Shown here piece by piece: positions 18,042 to 26,433 of a DNA stretch of 43,055 nt (the first letter of the stretch is position 1; each line of letters begins with the position of its first letter). Made by a program: the position numbers and the translations under genes. The notes beneath the pieces were generated by a model, which did not search any database, had not been told where the DNA came from, and was given only the letters and a program-made list of their open reading frames with translations. Source of the DNA: a virus (taxonomy: Duplodnaviria > Caudoviricetes); IMG/VR virus record IMGVR_UViG_3300035685_000004, positions 1-43,055 of that record, one strand, 5' to 3'.

Positions 18042-19736
18042 TTAGAGCGTCAGGATGCCCCGGCGCTCGTACACGCTCCCCGTGTCCTCGGGGGCCAGCA
18101 GAGCGCGGTTCAGGGCCATGATGGTGGCCACCACCCCGTCGATCTTGTTCTCGTCTCTCTCCTTCCGGGGGTAGATGTTGCCCTTGGCATCGGTGTGGCA
18201 CACCACGTTGGAGACCATCCAGCGCATGACCGGATTGCCGTCGTGGTGGAGCCGCCCCTCCAACACTAGAGCCTCGAGCATCTTCATGGGCTCGGAGAAG
18301 TGCTTCACGTTATTTGGTACCTCCACCATGGTCACCCCCTCGGCCTGCATCTCGCCTGAGAATTGGTTGGCCTGCCAGTCGTCAAAGCCCACTTGCTGGG
18401 GGGCGTGCAACCGCATGTCGGAGCGGACGTCTTCTTTGACGGCCTCGAAGTCGAGCGTCGAACCCGGCGTGACCTTGACCCACCCGTCTTTCACCCACCC
18501 CGCGAGTTGGCTGTTCTTGCTCTCGTCCACGGCGCGCTTGGGCAGGTAGGAGTCCACGAACAGGTAGTAGTGCCGGACGGTGCGAGCGTCCTCGGCTGGC
18601 AGGTCTCGCCAGAAGACCTTGGCACGACAGGCGAAGTCCTTCTTGCTGGCCAAGTCCAGGCCAAGCGTGCACGGCGCCTTGAGGAAGTCCGCCTCTCGAA
18701 GCGCCGAGTCGGCACATCGGTCCCACTCGTCCATGTCCATCCAGCCGACGTCGGCGTTACACCACACGTTACAGTGCTTGGTGAGAAAGCCGTTCTCCTT
18801 CGCCGCGCTCTGCATGGCGCCGTTGGCGGCGGCGCGGTACATGCGGTGGTCAATGCTCGCATGCCAATTCGGGTTCGCCTTCGCCCAGGAAGCCTCATTC
18901 CTCCAGTTGTCTCCCTCATCTAGCGTCCATATGACGCCGAACAACTCGTCCTTGGGCGTGCCCTCCAGCATCTTGATGACGTCGCCGCGCACCTCGTAGC
19001 AGATGCCCGCCGTGTCCGTTCCTGCTGTGGTGATTGCCCAGATAAGCGACTGAGGCCGCTTGGCCGCTCCGGTGATGAGCACCTCCCATAATTCGCGGGT
19101 CCGGTGGGCGTGCAACTCGTCCACCACCGCCACGTGGATGTTCTTGCCGTCGTGGTTCTTGGCCTCGCGCGAAAGGGCCCCGAAGGTGGATCCGCTCTTT
19201 TGCTGGCTGATGGCGTGGCTGCTGATGCGCAGGCCGAGTTTCTCGATGAGCGCCGGCCGCTTGCGAAGCATCCGCTCCGCGTCCCCGTAGGTGATGCGCG
19301 CCTGCGCCGCCGTGGTGGCCGCCGAGTACACCTCGGCCCCTGACTCGCCGTCAGCCGCGAGGCCGTACAGGGCGATGCCCGAGGAGAGGAAGGACTTGCC
19401 GTTGCCTCGGGGCACCTCGATGTAGCCATACCTGAACCGACGTGACCCTGTGTCTCTCAGGACCCACCCGAAGGCGGTTGTCACCACGAAGCACTGCCAC
19501 GGCTCCAGCCGAAAGAGGGTGCCGGCCAAGGGTCCCTTGACGTGCGGGAGCTGTTCGAGAAAGCGGCACACCCGCCCGGCCTTGCCCTCGTCGAAGCGGT
19601 ACGGCCAGTCCCCCTCGGCACGCTTCAGGTCGTCGAGCTGGCGCTGGCAGGCGAGCCGCACCCACTTGCACGCGGGCACCGCGCCGGACAGGACGTCCTC
19701 GCAGTAGTCCAGCGCCTTGGCGACGTGCGGGTCCAT
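18042..19736 (-). CDS. terL: Terminase large subunit
   Basis: LEPWQ, Walker A PRGNGKS, VVDELH, ITTAG, GLDLA, KIDGVVA. Confidence 0.96.
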   Translation of the reverse strand: MDPHVAKALDYCEDVLSGAVPACKWVRLACQRQLDDLKRAEGDWPYRFDEGKAGRVCRFLEQLPHVKGPLAGTLFRLEPWQCFVVTTAFGWVLRDTGSRRFRYGYIEVPRGNGKSFLSSGIALYGLAADGESGAEVYSAATTAAQARITYGDAERMLRKRPALIEKLGLRISSHAISQQKSGSTFGALSREAKNHDGKNIHVAVVDELHAHRTRELWEVLITGAAKRPQSLIWAITTAGTDTAGICYEVRGDVIKMLEGTPKDELFGVIWTLDEGDNWRNEASWAKANPNWHASIDHRMYRAAANGAMQSAAKENGFLTKHCNVWCNADVGWMDMDEWDRCADSALREADFLKAPCTLGLDLASKKDFACRAKVFWRDLPAEDARTVRHYYLFVDSYLPKRAVDESKNSQLAGWVKDGWVKVTPGSTLDFEAVKEDVRSDMRLHAPQQVGFDDWQANQFSGEMQAEGVTMVEVPNNVKHFSEPMKMLEALVLEGRLHHDGNPVMRWMVSNVVCHTDAKGNIYPRKERDENKIDGVVATIMALNRALLAPEDTGSVYERRGILTL

Positions 19737-19738
19737 GC

Positions 19739-20206
19739 TCAGGCGGCGAACTCGTCCAGCGGGTCGCCTGCGGTCTGTTCGCCCAGGGCGCTCACCCTCT
19801 GCCGCGCCGCTGGGGTCAGGCCGAACTGGGCCAGTTCCGAGGCCAGTTGCTTCTTGAAGGTGGCCAGCAACTCCGCCTCGGGCCGCTTGCGCACCACCTC
19901 GCCGCTCTCGGTGCTCACGGTGAAGGTGAGGCCGAGGGCCTGGAGCGTTGCGCGGAGGTCCTCCACCAGGGCGAGCGTGTAGACCATCTGCCGAAAGGCC
20001 GGCAGGTCGCTCGTCGTCACGACGCGCATGGGGGCCACCACGGCGGCCAACTCCTCCCAGGCGGCCTGCTCCCGCTCCGTGAGTCCCGGAGGGCAAGGCA
20101 GGGCGTCCAGGGCCGTTGCTGCGGGTGCGGCGGGGTTGGACCTGTCGGGACGGAGCGTGCCCTCCATCCGCTTCAGGGCCTCGGGCTTGGGCGGTCGTCC
20201 AACCAT
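19739..20206 (-). CDS. terS: Terminase small subunit (P27-like)
   Basis: GRPPKPEALKRMEG...QFGLTPAAR. Confidence 0.9.
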   Translation of the reverse strand: MVGRPPKPEALKRMEGTLRPDRSNPAAPAATALDALPCPPGLTEREQAAWEELAAVVAPMRVVTTSDLPAFRQMVYTLALVEDLRATLQALGLTFTVSTESGEVVRKRPEAELLATFKKQLASELAQFGLTPAARQRVSALGEQTAGDPLDEFAA

Positions 20207-20235
20207 GAGGGCAAGCATCGCCCTCCGTGCGGACC

Positions 20236-20270
20236 AAAGACGAAGGGCCCCGGTCTCCCGAGGCCCTCGC
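20236..20270 (-). terminator. Intrinsic terminator, CTTCGTCTTT family
   Basis: GAGGGCCTCGG-GAGA-CCGGGGCCCTT followed by CGTCTTT. Confidence 0.7.
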
Positions 20271-20304
20271 CTGCACCGCGCCCCTTGTGCGAGGGTGAAC
20301 CCAC

Positions 20305-20766
20305 CTACGGGGAGGGAGGACTCCCGGCAGGGGTGCGCTTCTTCGTCAGGGCCCTCGCTTCGCGCAAGGCGGTGTCGCACACCTTCGCCGTTTGTTTGTA
20401 GCCCATTTCCTCAAGCCGAGCCTCGGCGGTGACGAGCGCCTCCTCCAGCACCCGTACCGCATCCCGGAGCGCCGCCTCGTCTCCCTGTGCGACAGAGAGC
20501 GCATCCAGCAAGTCCCGAACATCCTGCCATGAATGCGCGATGAATGCTGCGTTCGCCTCGCGCGTCCCAGACCGCAGGTGGCGCGTCGTCAGCCCGATCG
20601 TCGCGCTTTGCGTCGGCCACGCCGTGGCGACTCCCGGTCGACTGCCATCCGTATAGGGAATTACCTCCGACTCGGGTGGGTCTATGTCTCCACCGTCAAC
20701 CACCCATGGGCCCTTGGTCGCCGCAGCGTGTCGCTTGCGGATCTCGCTCAGCCTCTTCGTGTCCAT
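20305..20766 (-). CDS. Ead/Ea22-like phage protein
   Basis: AAATKGPW...ANAAFIAH...VRDLL motif. Confidence 0.7.
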   Translation of the reverse strand: MDTKRLSEIRKRHAAATKGPWVVDGGDIDPPESEVIPYTDGSRPGVATAWPTQSATIGLTTRHLRSGTREANAAFIAHSWQDVRDLLDALSVAQGDEAALRDAVRVLEEALVTAEARLEEMGYKQTAKVCDTALREARALTKKRTPAGSPPSP

Positions 20767-20849
20767 GTGCTACCTCCTTGCCGGGTTCAGCCGACATAGC
20801 AACGGTCGCACGGCTGGCGGGCGAGGGCAAGAAGGCGGCGGGAAAAAGG

Positions 20850-20935
20850 TCCGGAGTTTTGGCGGCGCGAGAATTTGGCTACAACGCGGTCTCCTAGGCC
20901 GAACTCCACAGAGATTTTGCCCACCCCCGCCTACA
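20850..20935 (-). other. Putative cos packaging region
   Basis: Non-coding stretch between HNH and TerS. Minus-strand GGGGGTGGGCAAAATCTCTG...GAGACCGCGTTGTAGCCAAATT resembles HK97-type cos contexts. Confidence 0.5.
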
Positions 20936-21010
20936 TGCAACTCCGTTACAGTGCAGCTGCACGGCGTTACCGCCACACTGTACGGAATCCGTATCCCACA
21001 TCACGCTGCG

Positions 21011-21232
21011 TCATGCCTGCGACGTCCCGCAGGCGATGCGCTCGAACAGCTCGCGAGCCGACACCTGCTCCTCGGTATGGTCGTCATAAATGCGCCCGTC
21101 CGCGACGACATGTGCCGCCTTCTCAATGGCCGCAAGGTCGTCCAGGGCATCGTGCGCCCAGCCTCCCGCCATGGTCCCGCGTAGTTGCTGATCGTACCGC
21201 TCCAGGAACGCACGAATGCGCTTGGTGCTCAT
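21011..21232 (-). CDS. Hypothetical protein (73 aa)
   Basis: ATGA coupling to HNH. Confidence 0.6.
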   Translation of the reverse strand: MSTKRIRAFLERYDQQLRGTMAGGWAHDALDDLAAIEKAAHVVADGRIYDDHTEEQVSARELFERIACGTSQA

Positions 21233-21579
21233 CGCCCGAACCCTCCATCCTCGGTTGCCGTCTTGTGTGAGTGGCAGGGGGTGCAGAGCGCCTGCCAGTT
21301 GGTTCGACTCCAAAACAATTTGTCGTCGCCCCTGTGCGGGATGCAGTGGTCGACCACGTCCGCAGCGGTGACCCGCCCGTCCTCCTTGCACTTCACGCAC
21401 AGCGGATGCTCTCGTAGGTAGGCGACGCGCTCCTTGCGCCACTTCGAGCCGTATCCGCGCTGGTGTGCCGTGCCCCGCTCCTGCTCCTTCTTGCGCGCGT
21501 GCTCGGGGCAGCGAGGGGCGCCGCGCACGGTTGCGCGGCACCCGGGTTGACCGCATGGGCGTGGGGCGGCGAGGGGCAT
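21229..21579 (-). CDS. Packaging-associated HNH endonuclease (gp74-like)
   Basis: RGYG..W...HPLC..C...VVDH..PHRGD..LFW..NWQALC..CH..KT. Confidence 0.93.
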   Translation of the reverse strand: MPLAAPRPCGQPGCRATVRGAPRCPEHARKKEQERGTAHQRGYGSKWRKERVAYLREHPLCVKCKEDGRVTAADVVDHCIPHRGDDKLFWSRTNWQALCTPCHSHKTATEDGGFGR

Positions 21580-21596
21580 CAGGCGCGACCCCACAC

Positions 21597-21818
21597 CTAG
21601 GTTGTGCCGCGCCCGGGAAGCACAACCTTCCTCGCGCGATGATACTCCTTCGTGGTCGGGAATGCGGTCCCTGCGCGGTCATCGCTTGCCCATGTCTTGC
21701 CGATGGAGACCAGCACCACGAGGAGGCTCTTGGCGTGCGCCTCGCACTCGGGATTAGGGCAGAACGCGGTTCCCCGCAGCAACATGCCGACGTGACACTG
21801 CGGGCACAGGTTCGACAT
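21597..21818 (-). CDS. Small Zn-finger protein
   Basis: CPQC and CPNPEC. Confidence 0.5.
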   Translation of the reverse strand: MSNLCPQCHVGMLLRGTAFCPNPECEAHAKSLLVVLVSIGKTWASDDRAGTAFPTTKEYHRARKVVLPGRGTT

Positions 21819-21857
21819 GTCGGGCACAGCCTGATGGACAAGCATGACCGAAAGGTA

Positions 21858-22331
21858 TCACGCCGCAAGGGTCTGCGACAGAACTACTACTTCTGACGCG
21901 CGCCTGAGCGCCCGCTGGACGGTGCGCGGGCTGACCTTCAGCGCCTCAGCAGCACGAGAGGCGGAGCCGAGCCGAGCCACTGCAGACACCGCCTCGGCGA
22001 CGGCAAGGGTCGGGCGCCGGCCGACATGCACGCCGCGGCGCCTCGCCGCCGCCTGTCCCTGCCGCACGAGCTCGCCGTGGGCGAGTGAAGGCCCGAGAGT
22101 CCTCGCGGCCTTGAAGAGGACCCGCCGCGCCTCGTTGAACTCGTCGTCCTCCTCGGCGAGGCCGTACGCCAGGGCCGCCTCCTCGAGCCGCTCCTTCGGC
22201 GACAAGCGCTGTTCGATAGCGCCGACCTTTCCGGTGCGCTGCTTCTGCTTCTGGTGGGTGTCGCAGTAGGTGCGGGACTCGCGCGTCTCGCGCTCACAGC
22301 CGGGGGCTTCACAGTAGGATGTCTCGGGCAT
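21858..22331 (-). CDS. Zn-finger fused to a resolvase/Hin-type C-terminal HTH; possible late regulator
   Basis: CxxxxC..CxxH, then VRQGQAAARRRGVHVGRRP and SASRAAEALKVSPRTVQRAL. Confidence 0.65.
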   Translation of the reverse strand: MPETSYCEAPGCERETRESRTYCDTHQKQKQRTGKVGAIEQRLSPKERLEEAALAYGLAEEDDEFNEARRVLFKAARTLGPSLAHGELVRQGQAAARRRGVHVGRRPTLAVAEAVSAVARLGSASRAAEALKVSPRTVQRALRRASEVVVLSQTLAA

Positions 22332-22378
22332 GGGTCGAATGGTACCCAGGCCGAGGAGTCGCGGGCAAGGCAAAGCGC

Positions 22379-22489
22379 CTAGAAGCCCATCGCCTTCGCC
22401 AGCCACAGCAATCCGAGCCACAGGCCCACGGCCAGAGCGAGCACGCCCGCGAGTTGACCCGCCAGAACACCGCCATGCGTCGGCTTCAT
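22379..22489 (-). CDS. Small single-TM protein (36 aa)
   Basis: MKPTHGGVLAGQLAGVLALAVGLWLGLLWL; ATGA coupling. Confidence 0.5.
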   Translation of the reverse strand: MKPTHGGVLAGQLAGVLALAVGLWLGLLWLAKAMGF

Positions 22490-22635
22490 TTCCACCACCC
22501 CAGGACAGCGAAGAAGAGGCCGCCCAGCAGGAGCCACGGCGCGGAGTCGTCCCCACCTGGGCGAGCGCACGTGGCCCCGAGAGCGCCGCCAGCCATGCAG
22601 GCGGAGAGGCAGCGGGCGAGGGTGGGGCTGGTCAC
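22486..22635 (-). CDS. Small membrane protein (49 aa)
   Basis: GTGA coupling; hydrophobic C-terminus PWLLLGGLFFAVLGWW. Confidence 0.45.
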   Translation of the reverse strand: MTSPTLARCLSACMAGGALGATCARPGGDDSAPWLLLGGLFFAVLGWWK

Positions 22636-22808
22636 GAGACCGTCCGGATGACAATGGCCACGCCGTCGACCTGTCCCCGACACCTCATGCGCTCCTCCTG
22701 AAACCACAGCATGGTTGGCACGAAGCGCGAGCCCACGGCGCGCAATACGTCCTTCAACCCCAGGCTGTCGTTGCCGCTTGGCCTCGTCTCGATGTCCACC
22801 AAGGTCAT
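22632..22808 (-). CDS. Hypothetical protein (58 aa)
   Basis: First of three coupled small ORFs. Confidence 0.45.
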   Translation of the reverse strand: MTLVDIETRPSGNDSLGLKDVLRAVGSRFVPTMLWFQEERMRCRGQVDGVAIVIRTVS

Positions 22809-23030
22809 GCCCCGACGATGCACGCCCCGCGAGCGCTCGGCAAGTTCTCTTCCCGGTGGAGTCTCGGCTGCACGTCCGACGAAGCGACACGAAGCGGCCT
22901 CCGGCGGCCCCTCCCGCGAGCCGGGGAGGCTCGGGACACCGGCCAACAGCGGCCGGGTCCCAGCACCGCGCCTCATAACGCAGTCGTTCCCGTTCCCGTT
23001 ATCTTCCCTTCCCTTTCGTTAGCGGCGAAT

Positions 23031-23059
23031 CTTGCGCGTAGCCTGCGCGCGGCGTAGGT
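23031..23059 (+). promoter_or_regulatory. Sigma70-like promoter, probably leaderless mRNA
   Basis: TTGCGC-17-TAGGTT, with the ATG a few nt downstream. Confidence 0.6.
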
Positions 23060-23066
23060 TGTCGGC

Positions 23067-23624
23067 ATGAACGGGAGACGTGACTTGAGATACGACTTCT
23101 TGCAGGTGACAGACGAGATGTTGGACGTGCGAGCCCCGGCGCTGGCACGGCTGCTCTCTGTCGGTGGCCGCAAGGTGGGGCGCGGAGAGGCGCTCGCGCT
23201 GGTGCTGGACCTCGAGCGCTACGTGGTGCGCCGCGTGGATGACGAGGCCGCCGACGTCATGAAGGAGTTCGACGCCTGCGCCCTGCTTCCAGAGGAGCGA
23301 GCGGCGTCCATGGTGTCACTGGCGTGCGGGTGGCCTCTCGCCAAAGCACAAACCGTAGTCGATGCGCTCGCGGACGCCGACGTGCGCGTACTGGAGTGGG
23401 TGCAGACAAAGCACTTCAGCGGCTGGCGCGTGCGCGGCATCGCCGAGCGCTACGGGCGGTTCGCCAACATGAAGCGCGCGAGTCGGGAGCGCACCCGGAA
23501 CAACGACCGGGCCCGCGCTGCCGGCTGGGAACCCGGGGAGGGCAAGGAGTGGGTGCACACGAAGACGGGCGAGGTGAAGCCGTCCCTGCGCGACGTCATC
23601 GCGACGCTGGAGGGCGGGCAATGA
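23067..23624 (+). CDS. Paralog of the N-terminal domain of the replication initiator
   Basis: FLQV..E.L..A..LAR...A....ACxW....AL...RVxE...RY shared with 35838-36758. Confidence 0.65.
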   Translation: MNGRRDLRYDFLQVTDEMLDVRAPALARLLSVGGRKVGRGEALALVLDLERYVVRRVDDEAADVMKEFDACALLPEERAASMVSLACGWPLAKAQTVVDALADADVRVLEWVQTKHFSGWRVRGIAERYGRFANMKRASRERTRNNDRARAAGWEPGEGKEWVHTKTGEVKPSLRDVIATLEGGQ

Positions 23625-24127
23625 CGCGCGTCCTCATCTTCGGTTCCCGCTCGCTCGGCTGGAAGCACCTGCCGGTGTTCCGCGTCGTCGCTGAGCACGC
23701 GATGACCGCGAACGCCCCGCCGCTCGCCGAGTGGATGGAGATGGCCGGCGTCTGGCGGCTCGCCCAGTTTGTCCAGGGCCCGCTCACCCTCCTCAACGGC
23801 GACGGCCCGCCGGGAAAGGAGCGCGGCGCCATCGGGGCGGACAAACTCGCCGTGCTGGCCTGCATGGAGGCGTGGCCCGAGACGCAGCGCCGGATGCGCT
23901 GGTTCCCGCCTGAACCCAAGGGCGGCGAGACGTGGGCCCAGGCAGCCGCGCGGCGCAACCGCGAGATGGTGGAAGCGAAGCCGGATCGGGCCTACTGCAT
24001 CCACACGGACCTCGACGCCTCGCGTGGGTCATCGATGACCGCCTCGCTGCTCAAGTCGGCTGGGCTGCCGTTCTGGTACGTACGCTGCTCGCCCGCTGGC
24101 GCTGTCCTCTCGGTCGAGTTGCGCTGA
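23621..24127 (+). CDS. YspA/SLOG-family (DUF2493-like) protein
   Basis: RVLIFGSR, GAIGADKLA, AAARRNREM, SRGS..T....AGLP. Confidence 0.75.
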   Translation: MTRVLIFGSRSLGWKHLPVFRVVAEHAMTANAPPLAEWMEMAGVWRLAQFVQGPLTLLNGDGPPGKERGAIGADKLAVLACMEAWPETQRRMRWFPPEPKGGETWAQAAARRNREMVEAKPDRAYCIHTDLDASRGSSMTASLLKSAGLPFWYVRCSPAGAVLSVELR

Positions 24128-24143
24128 TGCATCAACTGCCTGC

Positions 24144-24173
24144 TTGACAAGCCACGGCTTGCGCCCCTATGGT
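24144..24173 (+). promoter_or_regulatory. Early promoter P1 with operator CAAGCC-AC-GGCTTG
   Basis: TTGACA-18-TATGGT with an overlapping 6-2-6 palindrome. Confidence 0.8.
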
Positions 24174-24207
24174 TCGTTCGTGGGCCGAGGGGCCCGGGAG
24201 GAAGACC

Positions 24208-24459
24208 ATGGTCAGCGACGAGGTTAAGAAGACGAAGGCGGCGATTGCGGCAGTGCTGGGGAGGTGCCGCATCATCGTCCGGCAGCGCCCCCACGGGACG
24301 AGTTGCCTCGACGTCTTTATTCCGGAGGCGCACTACAAGGACAAGGAGACGCGCGAGAAGGTGGCTGAGGCCATCGTCGCCACCACGGGCCGGGGCGTTG
24401 TCGGCACGCGCGGCTCGGATGGCTACGCCGCTCCCTACTACAACCTCTCGTGGTCGTGA
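24208..24459 (+). CDS. Early hypothetical protein
   Basis: GGGAGG RBS. Confidence 0.75.
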   Translation: MVSDEVKKTKAAIAAVLGRCRIIVRQRPHGTSCLDVFIPEAHYKDKETREKVAEAIVATTGRGVVGTRGSDGYAAPYYNLSWS

Positions 24460-24467
24460 GGAGCGCC

Positions 24468-24644
24468 ATGGAACTGGAGCCCATGAAGAACGCCGCCATT
24501 TCCGCCGCCATCGTCAAACAGCGCCTCGCGGGCAAGTCTGTGCCCGAGGCGATTGACGCCGTCCTGGGCGCGGGCACCTACGCGAAGTTGGCTGCCGGCC
24601 TGTACGCTGGCCTTCGGGCGAAGGCTTCTGGTTCGGAATCGTAA
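24468..24644 (+). CDS. Early hypothetical protein
   Basis: GAGGAG RBS. Confidence 0.7.
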   Translation: MELEPMKNAAISAAIVKQRLAGKSVPEAIDAVLGAGTYAKLAAGLYAGLRAKASGSES

Positions 24645-24653
24645 ATCAGCGGC

Positions 24654-24682
24654 TTGACAAGCCTTGGCTTGCGCTGCATAGT
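24654..24682 (+). promoter_or_regulatory. Early promoter P2 with operator CAAGCC-TT-GGCTTG
   Basis: TTGACA-17-CATAGT with the same palindrome. Confidence 0.75.
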
Positions 24683-24720
24683 CCTCTCATCAACGCGGCG
24701 CTGCCGCAGGGAGAAGAGCC

Positions 24721-24885
24721 ATGGACTACCGCAAGCTGCCGACCGCCACGCTGAAGCAGATTGAGGCCGCCGCCCGTCAGGAAATTGCGAAGGGCGAGGC
24801 CGAGGGGCGCCCCGAGGACTCGAAGCCCATGCGCATCCGCTACGGAGTCCTCGGGGCGGTGAGCGCGGTTCTCGCCCAGCGGTAG
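24721..24885 (+). CDS. Early hypothetical protein (54 aa)
   Basis: Hand translation MDYRKLPTATLKQIEAAARQEI...; GGGAG RBS. Confidence 0.7.
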   Translation: MDYRKLPTATLKQIEAAARQEIAKGEAEGRPEDSKPMRIRYGVLGAVSAVLAQR

Positions 24886-24959
24886 CACCACCCGCCGGGG
24901 CGCCAGCACGGGCCCCGGCTCACGCAGCACCGGGCCGAGGGGCCCATAGGGAGGAACCA

Positions 24960-25163
24960 ATGCACCCAAACAACCGCACCAGATTCAAGACGCTCGACAG
25001 GGTCGCGGCAGACCCGCGCGTCAAGAAGGTCTATCAGGACTCCGACGGCATCTGGATTGACCTCGCGGAGGGCTTCAACTTCGAGGACTGCTCGTCCATC
25101 CGCCGCGACACCGTGCGCGAGGCCCTGAACGACTTCGCCCGAGTCGAAGAGGGGTCGCCGTGA
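24960..25163 (+). CDS. Early hypothetical protein
   Basis: GGGAGG RBS. Confidence 0.75.
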   Translation: MHPNNRTRFKTLDRVAADPRVKKVYQDSDGIWIDLAEGFNFEDCSSIRRDTVREALNDFARVEEGSP

Positions 25164-25414
25164 GCGTGCCCGCCTGGAAGTACGACATGGACACCGGAGA
25201 CGTCCTGACGGCCGACGGGGAGACGGTTGTCGCTCGGGACACCCTGGATGACGAGACTGGGTTGCTCATCGCCGCCGCAAAGGACACGGCCGCTTGGGCC
25301 CAGAAGGCGCGCAAGGTCCTCCGCGACGTTGCCGGCTGTATTCACACCGACCAGCCGGGGCCTTGTGGCGATTGCTACGGCTGTCGTGCTGCTGCGCTCT
25401 TGCCACCCACCTAG
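25160..25414 (+). CDS. Early hypothetical protein with a C-terminal Cys cluster
   Basis: GTGA coupling; LIAAA motif; CxH..CxxCxxC. Confidence 0.7.
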   Translation: MSVPAWKYDMDTGDVLTADGETVVARDTLDDETGLLIAAAKDTAAWAQKARKVLRDVAGCIHTDQPGPCGDCYGCRAAALLPPT

Positions 25415-25459
25415 CGCCTCACCAGCGCCAGCCCGGGGCCTCGTGCCGGGCAGGATGAG

Positions 25460-25654
25460 ATGGAGTTCAAAACGAAGGCTCAGGCCCAGTTGGCCATCGA
25501 CGGCCATGAGTCGCGGGCGAAGAAGTGCGACGAGATGGCCGCGTGGCAGCGCGTTGCGCACAAGCGCGAGCACGAGGAGAACGCCGCCCGCTATCATCGG
25601 CGCAAGGCCGAGGAAATCCGCGCCCTGCTCCCGAGCCTCCCGGAGCCCACCTGA
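25460..25654 (+). CDS. Small helical protein, MEFKTK paralog 1
   Basis: MEFKTKAQAQ...IRALLPSLP. Confidence 0.75.
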   Translation: MEFKTKAQAQLAIDGHESRAKKCDEMAAWQRVAHKREHEENAARYHRRKAEEIRALLPSLPEPT

Positions 25655-25899
25655 TGCCCCCGCGCAAGACGATGACGTTTCGCGAATGGCGCGAGTCGAA
25701 GGGGTGGACGCAGAGGCAGGCAGGCGAGCACTTCGGCTGGAGCCAGCAGCGGCAAGGGCAATTGGAGAGGGATGGAACCGATAGCCTTGGCGTGGTGGAC
25801 TACGTGAAGGCCAAGACGGGCGGCAAGGTCACGCGCCTGGACTGGCCCGAGGCGGAGTACAAGCCCAGCCACACGGCAACGAGACGCCCCGACCCTTGA
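25654..25899 (+). CDS. Cro-like/XRE HTH regulator
   Basis: FREWRESKGWTQRQAGEHFGWSQQRQGQLERDG...TGGKVT..DW. Confidence 0.8.
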   Translation: MPPRKTMTFREWRESKGWTQRQAGEHFGWSQQRQGQLERDGTDSLGVVDYVKAKTGGKVTRLDWPEAEYKPSHTATRRPDP

Positions 25900-25925
25900 C
25901 AAGCCACGGCTTGCTGGCGTAGGGT
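25896..25925 (+). promoter_or_regulatory. Early promoter P3 with operator CAAGCC-AC-GGCTTG
   Basis: TTGACA-18-TAGGGT with the same palindrome. Confidence 0.8.
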
Positions 25926-25965
25926 TCCTGTCACGCAGCGGGGAGGCCCGCTGCAGGGAGGACGC

Positions 25966-26175
25966 ATGGAATTCAAGACGAAGGCCGAGGCGCAGCGAGC
26001 GATTCAGGCGGCACAGGACGAGGTAACCGCGGCATTCCGCAACCTCCAGCGAAACGTCACTATGGGAAAGCGTGCGCGCATCGAGCATTGGAAGATGGAG
26101 GTCCGGACGCGGCAGAAACGCGCCTGCACCGAAGCCGCCCGAATCCGCGCCCTGCTGCCCACCCTGCCGGACTAG
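25966..26175 (+). CDS. Small helical protein, MEFKTK paralog 2
   Basis: MEFKTKAEAQ...IRALLPTLP; GGGAGG RBS. Confidence 0.75.
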   Translation: MEFKTKAEAQRAIQAAQDEVTAAFRNLQRNVTMGKRARIEHWKMEVRTRQKRACTEAARIRALLPTLPD

Positions 26176-26183
26176 AGGACGAC

Positions 26184-26365
26184 ATGAAATGCCGATGCGG
26201 CTGCGGGGATGATGCGGTGTGGTTGGTGAGCGGCTTCGACTACGACCCGAAGGCAAGGGACAAAAAGGGGAGGCCTTCGAAGACCCCTGTTGCGAAAGCT
26301 CGGCGCGCTACATCGAGGAATCGAGCGCCGAACTCGGGTTCCCCTGCTCCAAGAAGCCCCTGTAG
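26184..26365 (+). pseudogene. Small Cys-containing gene apparently split by a -1 shift at A AAG GGG
   Basis: MKCRCGC...RDKK, then the -1 frame reads GEAFEDPCCESSARYIEE...KKPL* and stops just before a hairpin. Confidence 0.45.
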
Positions 26366-26433
26366 CGCCCGGCCCACGCTCCCAAGGCGTGGGCTTCGGG
26401 CGTTGCGGGCGAGGGCCCGGGAGGAGCAACGAC

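Noticed and set aside
18042-20380. Extended N-termini of TerL (744 aa) and TerS (213 aa) in the ORF track
   Set aside because: The extensions overlap upstream genes or a terminator; starts were reset to 19736 and 20206.
21858-22331. Serine recombinase/invertase
   Set aside because: No catalytic Y-x-R-V-S domain; only the DNA-binding arm is present.
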